A stretch of DNA of 64,000 bases, taken from positions 173,168,001 through 173,232,000 of the forward strand of contig CM059425.1 in assembly GCA_030390025.1 (NCBI GenBank), in the 5' to 3' direction. The notes beneath the pieces were generated by a model. The model was not told the DNA's origin and did no database searches. It saw only the letters and a program-made list of their open reading frames with translations. The DNA comes from Squalus acanthias (taxonomy: Eukaryota). The position numbers and the translations under genes were made by a program. Positions 48,461 through 61,072 of the stretch are shown in pieces; position 1 is the first letter of the stretch; every line of letters starts with the position of its first letter.

Positions 48461-48694
48461 GCATCCAAAGTGATATCCCTTTTTAAAGTGGTTGGTGCAA
48501 TGGACTTAATAGGTAATTAAAACTGTCCCGTTTCCCTGACTATTTTATAACTCTGTCATTCTTGAAGTTGCAGTGGATAATTTGAAATGGGTGGCAATTT
48601 TTGGGGATTTAAACGTAGTCATGGACTTGGTAATTTTACATAGACTGTAAAAAAAAAAAAACCAACTTATTTAAAAAAAACTTATTTCCTACAG

Positions 48695-48752
48695 GTTGAC
48701 CTGTGTAGTGGCAATGCCATTTTACTCAGCTGGTTTAATCGAGACCGTGCAG
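48695..48752 (+). CDS. slc25a46: SLC25A46 exon 7 (58 bp)
   Basis: ctacag| ... |gtaaat; encodes LTCVVAMPFYSAGLIETVQ. Confidence 0.95.
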
Positions 48753-50059
48753 GTAAATTTTCATTCTGCATATTAACAAAACTCATGGATCATATTGAGT
48801 GAAGTAAATTGTTACCTTGTATGTAAATTATATTTCCCAGTAGTCAGCTGTTAAGTAGCACTTGAAACTTTGGGGAATGGTGTCGCAGTCGTTGATCATT
48901 CACTGTGGTTCTAACCATAAATCTGTCAAAGTTTACAGCACAGAAGGCTATCATTCGGTCCATTGTGTCTGCATTTAGTTTAACATGTTAACTATCAAAA
49001 ATGCCTCCAGGATCACTGGGCCCTAATCAGAGTATTTGATTGTGACAGTCTTTGAGGCTCATTACTCTAAAGTGTGTTCTACCACAGGCTTTTAAAAGAA
49101 AAACTGGTAAAGCTATGGACTGTACAGTCTACCTACAGATCGAAGGAAGGCAAAAAAAACTTGCTCTCCTGAAAATACATAGTAAAATCATTTTCCTATG
49201 TAACTAAGCAGGTTGAAGAATAGGTAGATAGATGAGCAATATTACTATCACTGTTTGATAACTATGGAATAAATCAAATTTGTTGAATGATTCCTATTAT
49301 CATGTTTCATACATGGATTCCACTATTATGTAGTTCATAATTCATAAGTAATTTTTTATCGTACTTTGCACTGTTTGTCGTAAGAAATTGCCCCAATCCA
49401 CTTCAGTCTTCCAATGATTGTCCTGTTGATAAATTTGCCTCTGTGATTTAAAAAAAAAAATTCAAAATCCAAGCTAAAATTGGAAAAATTGCATTGATTA
49501 AGCTGATGGTATTAAAACAATAGACAATGACCTATCTCTGTGAATAAGGTAGAGTTAGAGAAGCAGTTGATTATGCTGTGAGTCTTTGTAAAAATTGCAA
49601 CACATTACTTTACAGTAACAGTGCACTTAAGTTTTTAAACTATATTTCCAAGCCATTTATTTTGCATTGTAAACTCTTCTTGGTAGTGCGCCCTGTGTTA
49701 AACACAGCCCTCCAGTGTGGCCTGTTGTTAGACAGCTTGTGGTATCGATGTTAAAAGTTTTCAAGTCCCTCTTGCAAACGTCTTTAAACCTGAGCCTAGG
49801 TCAGTCAGTGCCCTTGAAGCATCTGCAAGTTCTCCATACAAAAGATCATGATCTTTGGTATGGTCTCTGAACAGATTGATCCTATATTGCACTGATCTGA
49901 TGCAACTGATGTGTTGCAAGGGGATAGCCCAGATCTAGCATATGTGCAGTTCAGAAATGAACGAACTGAGTTCTCCACAAAGCAGCTTTGTAATTGGATT
50001 ATGAGACTTTGAACTAGAAAAAAATAATACCATCAAAAAGGGCTTACTCCTGTCCAAAA

Positions 50060-50230
50060 AAAATCTGGTCATTATCACATTGCTGTTTGTGGGAGCTTGC
50101 TGTGCGCAAATTGGCTGCTGCGTATCCTACATTACTCCAGTGACTACACTTCAAAAAGTACTTCATTGGCTGTAAAGCGCTTTGGGACGGCTGGTAGTAG
50201 TGAAAGGTGCTATATAAATGCAAGTCTTTC
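50060..50230 (+). mobile_element. Deu-SINE (SacSINE1/AmnSINE1-like) 3' part; related copies at ~16105-16215, 62340-62585 (+) and 62720-62960 (-)
   Basis: TTGCTGTTTGTGGGAGCTTGCTGTGCGCAAATTGGCTG...CACTTCAAAA..TTCATTGGCTGTAAAGCGCTTTGGGA with an L2-type tail. Confidence 0.7.
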
Positions 50231-50529
50231 CCAAATATTTTGATTGTTTTTAGATCTTGTCACATTTCTTGACTTTACCAGTTATTTGTTAAACTTCCTG
50301 GTTTCTCCATTAGATGTCAGTGTCCACATGTATAAATGCAACATTATTTTAGTTACTAATCAGTCTTTATCCTTTATAGACAGGTTTGCAACTCTAATAC
50401 TCAAATTATTTACATTCTGTTCATTAATATTTATACTTACATTTTAATCCTTCTGTTACAGAATATTACCATAATGTTAACTTTTATCTAAATCCATTAT
50501 TTGTATCTATTTCTGCTCTTTTGGCCATC

Positions 50530-51390
50530 TAATCTTTTTCAATACCTAGGCCATCAAAATTGGTGAAAGGTGATCAGGCCCCAGGAATCTGAAGCCCTCC
50601 CTCCTGCACCATTTCTCCAACCACGCGTTAACCTATTTTATCCTACTATTCCTATACTCGCTAGCGCATGGTACTGGGAGTAATCCAGAGATTGCTACCT
50701 TGAGGTCCTGTTTTTTAATTTTCTCCCTAGCTCCTGAAACCCTGATTGTGAGAGCTCAACCCTTTTCCTTCCTATGTCATTGGTTCTCACAAGGACCACG
50801 ACTTCTGGCTGTTACCCTTCACCCCCCCCCCCCCCCCCCCGGGAAATGTCCTGTACCCTCTCGGTGGTCTTTATCCTGGCACCAGGGAGGCAACACACCA
50901 TGCAGGACTTGTGTCGGCAGTTGCAAACACGCCTGTCTCTTCCCCAGACTATCGAATCCCCTATGACCACTGCATTTCTACACTTTGCTGTGTCCCCGTG
51001 CAGTCATTTGCCTCACGATGCTGTGGATATGCTCTAGACTGCACTCCCCGAGGTGTTGTCAGCACTGAAAACTGGTTTGAGTGCCACACTCCCAGAGGAT
51101 TCCTGCACTGCCTGCCTCTTCCTACCCTGTGACGGCCACCCACTTGCTATGCTCCTAAACTCTCTGTAGCTGTGGAGTGAGCACCTCCTGAAACGTGCGC
51201 TCCAGGAAATTCTCAGCCTGTCGTATGCCCTGCACTGATTTCAGCTACTCCTCAAGCTCTCAAACCCTGAGCTTGCGTTCGAGCAACTGGAGGCACCTCC
51301 TGCACACGTGGTTATCCCGATACATGAAGCACCCTGAAGTTCCCACGTGGCACAGGAGTTGCAGGCAACGGGTTTTGGCTGTCCCATCAT
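50530..51390 (-). mobile_element. CR1 5' region / ORF1 remnant
   Basis: The minus strand shows CR1 ORF1 esterase-type motifs (VIGDSIV, CCLPGA, SGLLPVP, WCRREGFRFL). Confidence 0.65.
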
Positions 51391-51759
51391 TTTTCAACTG
51401 CTTTTTTATAAAATTTCTATAGTGGCTTACAATGACGCATTCGCCATGGTACTATTTTATCCTTCTGTTCTTATCAAACACCAATATCGTCAGAGTGTCA
51501 TGTTCATTTTCACAGAACATTATCTAGCAGTTTAATAAATCTAAGAAAAATGTACCTGCAGTGCCACCTAAAGAAATGGAGCTGGGAAATGCAGCTTGCA
51601 ATAGCTGCAGCACCACCTAGTCTGATAAGTAAAACCTATACAAACCTTTCAGTTTTAAAGCAATTTCCAGGAGTTACCCTAGATGTGACTAAACCATAGC
51701 AAAATCATAATGCAGGAAGGAAGTGTGTGCTAAAGGCAAGACTTTTAATATATAAATAA

Positions 51760-53975
51760 ATAAAGTGAGTTGAGAATGAATCTGGCCCGGGTAAATTGGA
51801 ATCAAAGATTGGCAGGCAAAACTGTAATTGAACAATGGACTGCCTTTAAAGAGATGGTTCGGGTACAGCCGAAGTACATTCCCACGAAGGGGAAAGGTAG
51901 GGCAACCAATGTCAGAGCTCCCTGGATGACGAAAGAGATAGAGAGTAAGATGATGCAGAAATAGAGCACGTATGACAGATGTCAGGTTGAGAATACAAGT
52001 GAGAATCAAGCTGAATATAGAAAGTTCAGAGGGGAAGTGAAAAAAAAATGAGGGGCAAAGAGAGAGTACGAAAATAGATTGGCAGCTAACATAAAAGAGA
52101 ATTCAAAAGTCTTCTATAGGCATATAAATAGTAAATGGGTAGTAAGAGGAGGGGTGGGGCCGATTAGGGACCAAAAAGGAGACCTACACATGGAGGCAGA
52201 GGGCATGGCTGAGGTACTAAATGATTACTTTGCATCTGCCTTGACCAAGGAAGAAGATGCTGCCAAAGTCATAGTGAAAGAGGAGGTAGTGGAGATACTG
52301 GATGGGATAAAAATTGATAAAGAAGGAGGTACTAGAAAGGCTGTACTTAAAGTTGATCCTAGGATGCTGAGAGAAATCGCAGAAGTACTGTCCATAATCG
52401 TCTAATCCTCCTTAGATGCAGGAGTGGTGCCAGAGGACTGGAGGATTGCAAATGTTACACCCTTGTTCAAAAAAGGTTGTAAGGATAAACCCAGCAACTA
52501 CAGGCCAGTCACTTTAACCTCGGTAGTAGGGAAGCTTTTAGAAATGATGATCAGGGACAAAATTTAACAATCAGTTGGACAAGTGTGGATTAATTAAGGA
52601 AAGCCAGCATGGATTTGTTAAAGGCAAATTGTGTTTAACTAACTTGACTGAGTTTTTTGATGAGGGCAATGCGGTTGGCGTGGTGTACATGGACTTCCAA
52701 AAGGCATTTGATAAAGTGCCACATACTAGGCTTGCCAGCAAAGTTGAAGCCCATGGAATGAAATTGGTTAAGTGACGAGAAACAGAGTAGTGGTGAACGG
52801 TTGTTTTTCAGACTGGAGGAAGGTGTTCCCCAGGGGTCGGTACTAGGACCACTGCTTTTCTTGATATATATTAATGACTTAGACTTGGGTGTACAGGGCA
52901 CAATTTCAAAATTTGCAGATGACACAAAACTTGGAAGTATAGTGAACAGTGAGGAGGATAGTGATAAACTTCAAGAGGACATAGACAGGCTGGTGAAATG
53001 GGTGGACACGTGGCAGATGAAATTTAACGCAGAAAAGTGCGAAGTGATACATTTTGGTAGGAAGAACGAGGAGAGGAAATATAAACTAAGGGGTACAATC
53101 CTAAAGGGGGTGCATGAACAGAGAGACCTTGGGGTATATGTGCACTAATCGTTGAAGTTGGCAGGGCAGGTTGAGAAAGCGGTTAAAAAAGCATACGGGA
53201 TCCTGGGCTTCATAAATAGAGAGGTCGCACAACACCAGGTTATAGTCCAACAGTTTTATTTGAAATCACAAGCTTTCGGAGCTATCGATCGCCCCTTCCT
53301 CAGGAAGCTCCGAAAGCTTGTGATTTCAAATAAAACTGTTGGACTATAACCTGGTGTTGTGCGACCTCTCAATTTTGTCCACCCCAGTCCAACACCGGCA
53401 TCTCCGCATCACATTCATAAATAGAGGCATAGAGTACAAAAGCAAGGAAGTTATGATGAACCTTTACAAAACACTGGTTTGGCCTCAACTGGAGTATTGT
53501 GCCCAATTCTGGGCACCGCACTTTAGGAAGGATGTGAAAGCCTGAGAGAGGGTGCAGAAAAGATTTACGAGAATGGTTCCAGGGATGAGGGACTTCAGTT
53601 ACGTGGATAGACTAGAGAAGCTGGGGTTGTTCTCCTTGGAGCAGAGATGGTTGAGAGGAGATTTGATAGAGGTGTTCAAAATCATGAAGGGTCAAGAACC
53701 AAAGGACACAGATTTAAGGTGATTGGCAAAAGAACCAAAGGCGACATGAGGAAAAACTTTTTTATGCAGCGAGTGGTTAGGATCTGGAATGCACTGCCTG
53801 AAAGGGTGGTGGAGGCAGATTCAATCATGGCTTTCAAAAGAGAATTGGATAAGTGCCTGAAGGAAAAAAAATTTCAGGGCTACGGGGGAGTGGGACTAGC
53901 TGAAGTGCTCTTGCAGAGAGCCGGCACAGGCCGAATGGCCTCCTTCTGTGCTGTAACCATTCTATGATTCTATGA
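51760..53975 (+). mobile_element. CR1 LINE, 5'-truncated (intron 7)
   Basis: [39 protein letters not shown] and a (ATTCTATG)n tail. Confidence 0.95.
53222..53413 (-). mobile_element. Short palindromic insertion with a hammerhead-like core
   Basis: 65-bp perfect inverted repeat (53219-53283 / 53306-53370) and a 13-bp TSD TTCATAAATAGAG (53209-53221, 53414-53426); minus-strand CTGAGGA-A-GGGGC..GCTCC-GAAAGCTT. Confidence 0.8.
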
Positions 53976-54276
53976 AATTGATATTTCTTCTTACAGCCTC
54001 TGTATAGAGGGTTTGCCTTGCCAAACAAGATACAGTACTAAAAAAATTAATGCATGAAAGAGCAAAACTTTTTAAATTGCCTCTTGGTTTTATTTGCTGT
54101 TGGTTCTAGAAATTGCCCCCAACCTTTATACAGTTCATCTAAATGTAATTTTAAAATGTAGTGGATTACAAATAAATATTTTAAAGTTCAACTAATTATA
54201 TTGGCATATTTAATATAAAATATAAGTGTGTATATTATTTTAATAATGACTAACTTATTGTCCATTCTATTTCCAG

Positions 54277-54855
54277 AGTGAGATCATAAGAGACAATCCA
54301 GGAATATTGGATTGTGTGAAGGAAGGTGTATGCAGACTGGTGGGAATGGGTGTCCCTCATAGCAAGCGCCTGCTTCCTCTTGGAGTCTTGGTCTTTCCAA
54401 CTGTCTTACATGGGGTGCTCCATTATATCATCAGTGCCATCATCCAGAAATTTATTCTCTTTCTTCTACGGAGAAAGACACCACATCAGCACCCGGCTGA
54501 TGCTTCTAGTTCTGTACAAACTGTGCTGGATGCTTACTTCCCTGAACTTATTGCTAGTTTTGTTGCAAATCTTTGTGCTGATGTTTTGGTTTATCCATTA
54601 GAAACAGTACTTCACCGCCTTCATATTCAAGGAACCCGCACCATCATTGACAACACAGACCATGGGTTTGAAGTGCTTCCTATTAACACTCAGTATGAAG
54701 GAATGAGAGACTGCATTAATGTAATCAAGAAAGAAGAAGGTATCTTTGGCTTCTATAAAGGATTTGGAGCAGTTCTAGTACAGTACACATTGCACGCTGC
54801 TGTGCTACAGATTACTAGAATTATATATTCTACTTTGTTGCAAAATGCTACCTAA
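54277..54855 (+). CDS. slc25a46: SLC25A46 exon 8 (last coding exon, TAA stop)
   Basis: ttccag| acceptor; encodes [17 protein letters not shown]...[23 protein letters not shown]...GFYKGFGAV...LLQNAT*. The eight exons sum to 1227 nt, in frame (408 aa). Confidence 0.97.
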   Translation, partial: SEIIRDNPGILDCVKEGVCRLVGMGVPHSKRLLPLGVLVFPTVLHGVLHYIISAIIQKFILFLLRRKTPHQHPADASSSVQTVLDAYFPELIASFVANLCADVLVYPLETVLHRLHIQGTRTIIDNTDHGFEVLPINTQYEGMRDCINVIKKEEGIFGFYKGFGAVLVQYTLHAAVLQITRIIYSTLLQNAT

Positions 54856-55070
54856 ACCTGGAGTTTAAGATGCCATGGTAAGGTAAATAGCCCAGAGTCA
54901 TGAAGTACAAGTTATGAATTTCTGTAGTGCATGTTAGAAGCACTGTAATCAAATGCACTCTGTTACTAGGATTAAACTACTGAATTGGTGAAAATCTCAT
55001 TTTAAAAATCACAAGAAATGTTTGCAAAATTGTAAAGGTGCCCATGATTTGTGGTTTTTAATGTCATGTA

Positions 55071-55076
55071 AATAAA
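55071..55076 (+). terminator. Candidate proximal polyadenylation signal of slc25a46 (further AATAAA at 56117 and ~56887)
   Basis: AATAAA ~215 nt after the stop, in AT-rich unique sequence. Confidence 0.4.
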
Positions 55077-56771
55077 GCTCCTGCTATTCTCTGTATGGTT
55101 CTCCTTTTGGAATATAATTTTCTGACAATACAGGATCAAGGCAAAGTAGACTAAGCAAAGAAAGTGAGTTATAACCATGACTTTTTTTCTCTTCTCCTAA
55201 CTCCCGTGTTACTTGATGACCTGAAAATAGATAATTTGTTGAATTGTTTTTTCATAATTTTGTTTTTTGATTAGCACTTGAACTTTTAATAGCAAACTTG
55301 CTCCACAATGTTGGAGATTTTTTTCATGCTGCCAGCCTTATTTTCTGTATTACAGAATGTGTCAGAAGATAAATATGGTCAGGCCCAATTCTTCAGCCCT
55401 AGTGGATTTATCTCTGCTGAAGAATGTTAAATGGTAAGAAAAGGAGAACCATTGTAATTTGGCTTTGCGTGTGGTTAAAGTTGTAGCACTTTATTACTAC
55501 ACTGTTTTCATTTACTTGGTAAAATTGTGATTGGCTTTGCCTTATGGGATTTTTATGGTTCAAGGTATCAAGTATGTGGCTTTATTTTGTATATAGCTTG
55601 TGTTCACTTTAAATAATATCACTGTATAATTCATAAAATGATGACTTAATGAAGGTTGATGTAGTCTGTTAGTGCAGTTTGTATTCCCCACTCAAATGTA
55701 TATATTTGCTATTTTTCCAGAGCAAATGCTTGCCAATTTCGTGAATGTTATCTAAATGTATAATGTGTGCAGTTGTGGTGGTCAGATGGAGGAAGAAAAA
55801 AAGTGAACACTGCCAATTGCTGTCCAGATCTGAGTTTTGTATTTAATATCCCATTATACATGTCCCAATATTTAACAGCACACATCTTTATCATGCAATG
55901 AAATTACTTTAAAATTGTATTTCCCACGACAGTAATTTCAATTTAAATCACTATAAACCATAAATTGCTGTAATCCTGTCCATCTCGTGCCGCACTTTTG
56001 TTTTCATGACTAAGCACTGTCAAATGGCAGAATAATTGTTTTCCCTAAGCTTCAGCTTTTAAATATTTCTAAAGGTAGAAAACTGAGACTGATTTTTATC
56101 TTTATTTCTGGCAGGGAATAAAAGAGTATGTAATTAAAAGTAGAAAGTGTGATACACAAGCATGTTGTGTAAATGCTTGTAATTAATGTTTAATTATGAA
56201 CTTAGGACCTCTGCATCTTTAAAACACACTCCATTGTCATGCGCAGATATATGTCTCAAACAAAAGTCCAGACTTAAATTTCTCTACAAAAAATTTATTA
56301 GAGTATAGAGAAATTAAATCTTCAGGAAGGATAGAAAGGGAGGAGGGCTAGTAGTATTAATTAGAGACAATATCATAGCACTAGAACATAAGAATTTAAA
56401 TAGAATTTGGATTTAAATGCCAAAACAGAATCCTTTCAAATTGAACTCAGGAAGAGCAAGGGATTAGTCACACTAGTGTAAATATATTGTAGACTGCTGA
56501 ACAGTGGAAAGAAAATCCTTGGTTCCAGCTTCAATACAGTACAACTTTTGTATTTTGAAAATGAGTGTCAAACACTGTCCGATGCAAATTTCTGTATCAC
56601 ACTTAAATGTCTGCAGCTTCTTAATTGACCGTCGCATCAACAATTTCAAGATGGAGGAACAATTGTACCGTGTAGCCTTAGAGGTCCCTACAATTTAGCA
56701 GCAGGATAATACATTGTAGAATGCTGCTGTGATTGTAAAACTGCTCATGCTATGACTTAAAGCAAGCAGTG

Positions 56772-56772
<1 letters not shown>

Positions 56773-56808
<36 letters not shown>
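56773..56808. repeat. (TA)n microsatellite
   Basis: Seen directly. Confidence 0.95.
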
Positions 56809-56811
<3 letters not shown>

Positions 56812-57300
56812 TTTTTTTTTTGCTGCTGGTGCAATGTAATCAAAGTACAGGTAGAAGGGCTGCTACCTACAGACCTTGCTGCTGTAAATAAAATATTCCA
56901 GAAATCTAAATACTATGTAGGGGTGGTCTTCAGTAAATTGCTCAGATCCAATGAACAATACATTCATACAGCAATTCCTTACACCTTGCCGATCCTTAGG
57001 GCAGCGCAGTATATTAGACTTACTACCAAGTCACAGTCTCATCTGAGGTGGGTGATCAAGCTAAAGAAGGACTTAAAAAAAAAAAAAAAAAAAATTGAAT
57101 GGAGGCTGAAAGCATGGAAGAATTAAAGGACAGACAGAGAGATGTGATTGGTCTCTGCCCTGATCTGTTCCAAGGAAGTACTTGTATTTGTGATTCCAGG
57201 GCATTGAGTTAGAGAAGAAAAATTACTATTCTGCTGCCAGGTTTTAAACTGTAAACTTAAAACAGTCTGTTCTCAATTGCAAATGTATTGCATCAGGGAA

Positions 57301-57687
57301 GAGTAGCATAGTGGTAATGCCACTGGACAAGTAATCCAGAGGTCTGGGCTAATAATCCGGAGACAAGAGTTCAAATCCCACCACGGCAGCTGGGGAATTT
57401 AAATTCAGTTAACTAAATAAATCTGGATTTAAAAAAAAAAAGCTAGTATTTAGTAATGGTGACCATGAAACTACCGGATTGTCATAAAAACCCATCTGGT
57501 TCACTGATGTCCTATAGGGAAGGAAATCTGCCATCCTTTCCCGGTCTGGCCTATATGTGACTCCAGACCCACAGCACTGTGGTTGACTCTTAACTATCCT
57601 CTGAAATAGTGGCTCACCACCACCCTCGAGGGCAATTAGGGATGGGAAATAAATGCTAGCCCACATCCCATGAACAAATTAAAAAAA
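57301..57687 (+). mobile_element. tRNA-headed SINE (same family as 16272-16905)
   Basis: A box at 57304, B box at ~57369, the same body and the same LINE-type tail. Confidence 0.85.
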
Positions 57688-58859
57688 TTATAATTGGTCA
57701 TATTTTCTCTCAAAGGCAGTTTCTTGAAAATTAAAAAGGAGAATTCAAGTTTTTCTTGTAAAATTGATGACTGCTTAAATCTGTTATTTCTGAACTTCAT
57801 GAGTCCAAAAGTGGGGAGGAGGAGATACCTGGTGATTCACTGTGGCTAATCAATTGCTTCCCTTCTAAATGTTTTTTTAAATACACAAATGTGCCTGAGC
57901 ATAATTACCTTCAGACTTTAGGAGTGGTCACGATCATTGCCGAGGTCATCTCTGACCAATTCCTTGCATCTGTCACCACCCACATCTACCTACCCATTTC
58001 TAAACCCACTTCCTTCTGCCTCTGTTCCTGGAAATAAATCCATTCCCCAAGTCATTTATAATAGTACTTTTAAACTCCCAACTGGCTAGCCTTTGGATCT
58101 CTATTTACCACAATACTTCTGCAGTTGTCAATCTGCTCAACCACTCCCTCACCTCCACCTTGGATGCCCTTGTCCCCAGCATGGTCATTTTCACTGGTAT
58201 GGCCCCCATTTCACACCCTTAAGTCCATAAGACACAGACAACCATATCTAATGCACAACTGGTTTAGTCACACACCAGGTCACTCACTCGCCCCCTTTTC
58301 CCCCCTTCCCTCCTCCCTCTTTGTCCAAAAAACTCATCCTGGATCCCTCTGTCCTTGTGAGCTATCATCCCATTCCAAATTCCTTAAACATATTGGCCCG
58401 TAATTTGCGATCAGCGACGAAGCTTAAGGCGCTTGCCACTGACCTCAAAGAAAGCTGCCCACCGAGATCTTGCAGTCTTTATGGCAAGAAGTTTACCTTT
58501 CTCGACGAACAATTGATTGTAGCGCTGTGTAATGGGAATCCCCAGCAAAGAGCTGCAGTGATGGCAACAAGCTTTCTAAGCAGCCAATCACATTGAAGAA
58601 TCCTCACACACGGCAAACCAGGAAATGAAAAGCACTGAATTATCTGCACTTTTTAAAAAAGTTAGAGAGCGAAATAAAGATTGAGACATACACTGGGGTT
58701 AAGATAGAAGCTGAAATATCATGAACAAACTTTAAAAAATGTTTTTTAAAATTGTAATTTTTATCATTGGAGAAATTTGACACTCCACAAATATAAAAAT
58801 TAGTTTTTCAGGGCCAGAATGGTTGTTTAGCAGTCAATATGTTGTTAAAACCCCAGTTA

Positions 58860-61072
58860 CACCTATTGGCGACATCATCCGAAAACATAGCGTCAGTTTC
58901 CACATGTACGCTGACGACACCCAGCTCTACCTCGCCACCATTTCTCTCGACCCCTCCACTGTCACTAAATTGTCAGACTGCTTGTCCGACATTCAGTTCT
59001 GGATGAGCAGAAATTTTCTCCAATTAGATATTGGGAAGACTGAAGCCATTGTCTTTGGCCCCTGCTACAAACTTTGTTCCCTAGCCACTGACTCCATCCC
59101 TCTCCCTAACATCTGTCTGAGGCTGAATCATACTGTTCGCAACCTTGGTGTCATATTTGACCCTGAAACGAGCTTCCGACCATATATCTGCGGCATAACT
59201 AAGACTATTTCCACCTCCGTAATATCACCCGTCTCCACCCTTGCCTCAGCTCATCCACTGCTGAAACCTTCATCCATTCCTTTGTTACCTCTAGACTTGA
59301 CTATTCCAACACTCTCCTAGCTGGCCTCCCACATTCTACCCTACGTAAACTTGAGGTCATCCAAAACTTGGCTGCCCGTGTCCTAACTTGCACCAAGTCC
59401 CATTCACCCATCACCCATGTGCTCGCTGACCTACATTGGCTCACGGTTAAGCAACGCCTCGATTTCAAAATTCTCATCTTTGTTTTCAAATCCCTCCATG
59501 GCCTCGCCCCTCCCTATCTCTGTAATCTCCTCCAGCCCCACAACCCCCCTGTAGAGATTCACGTATCTCTGGTAAACAGGATCGAGTGCAAACCAATATG
59601 GTGGGTATATTGTGTTTAATCAGAGTTTAGGACGGAATATAACACACTAGTAATACAGCAAAAACATACGACCGTAACATGCAGCTTGTATCGGACCCAA
59701 TCAGACAGACGACTGGCATGCGTGAACAGTTCTCTGGCTTCTGGCCCTCTCTCTCTCTCTCTCTCTCTCTAGGGCCTTCGATGGTGAGCATGGGATCACT
59801 CTCAAAAGAGCGTTCGACCAGCTCAACTCTTTTTAACTTCTGTTTGGCTCTCCCTTCCACCGTCTGTCACTTTTTATTCTCTTTTTAGGGGTGGGCCTGA
59901 GGCCAAGTTATTCACAAGACCATTTAACCTATAGAGGTTCCTCCAAAACTTCATCAACCAATGACAGCTCAAGTTCTTTGTCTTGGTGCTTGGATGAAAG
60001 CCCTACCCAAAAGAGGGTCTCATTACTTCATCCTTGTTTTTTACATTTTGAAGGTTCCTCCATTGGAATCCATCTTATCTCTTTTTACTCTCTCCCCCTT
60101 AACCCAGCAAGTGCAAGTACAAGGCCCGGCCCTGTCCTTCTGGCCCCAGCCAGAGCTGTCACACATTAACCAGTCGCTAGCTCACCATTCTGACCGTCAT
60201 GATTCCCTCCCCTTTTCTGCTGTGATCTTTTCTCTTGGAACTTTTACATAGCCAGACTTCCCATGAATTACGCTGCTTTCAGTGTTCAATAGCTGTTGTT
60301 TTATACCTTTTTTTTCCTCTTTCAAAATACATGGCAACTTGCAGCTGCTTGGGCTATCTCACCTTCATCTAACAAATGGCCCATTCTAAGATGGATACCT
60401 CAGCCTCCTCAAATTCCTTTCATTCTATGTCTTTTCCTAATTAACTTTTAATTATCTTCACAAGCAGTTCTGCTAAACAAAACTCCAAATTTTATCGGTG
60501 GAGATTATAATATGATTATTAGTAATAATGGAAGAAACATAGGTTGGGCCTTTACTGGCCAAATTAAAGATACATTAACAAAGTCAAAACCCTAACTTAC
60601 AAACAACAGATAACTGGCCTGGCAGGACCATCCTATGGGCCCCCATGTGGAATGTTTGTTTCACCTAATCTAACTGATTAAAAAGATTGTCTCAAATTCT
60701 AATGCAAGCTTTCCAGGAAAACAAAACTTATCATTTAAACACAGTATTTTTAGGCACCCCTAGTTTCTAACACCCACTCTGAGATTTCTGCGCTCTTGAG
60801 CATCCCTGATTATAATCGCTCAACCATTGGTGGCCGTGCCTTCTGTTGTCTAGGCCCTAAGCTCTGGAATTCCCTCCCTAAACCTCTCTGCCTCTCTACC
60901 TCTCTTCCTCCTTTAAGACACTCCTTAAAACTTACCTCTTTGACCAACCTTTCAGTCATCTGCCCTCATTTCTCCTTATGTGGTACTGTCAAATTATGTG
61001 TCTTATAATACTCCTGTGAAGCACCTTGGGACGTTTTACTAAGTTAGTCACTATATAAATACAAGTTGTTAT
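58860..61072 (+). mobile_element. L2 3' fragment (split by the solo LTR)
   Basis: FHMYADDTQLY, GKTEAIVFG, LHWLTVKQRLDFKIL and GGRAFCCLGPKLWNSLP, then an L2 3' tail. Confidence 0.9.
59550..60772 (-). mobile_element. Solo LTR (ERV-like), 1223 bp
   Basis: TG...CA ends (TGTAGAGA / TTTCTAACA) with flanks CCCCC/CCCAC, interrupting a contiguous L2. The minus strand has TATAAAA (~60300) followed by AATAAA (~59875). Confidence 0.65.

Noticed and set aside
57301..57385. Genuine tRNA gene (also at 16278 and 24438)
   Set aside because: A/B boxes are present but there is no convincing cloverleaf, and the sequence continues into a repeat body; these are SINE/LINE heads.
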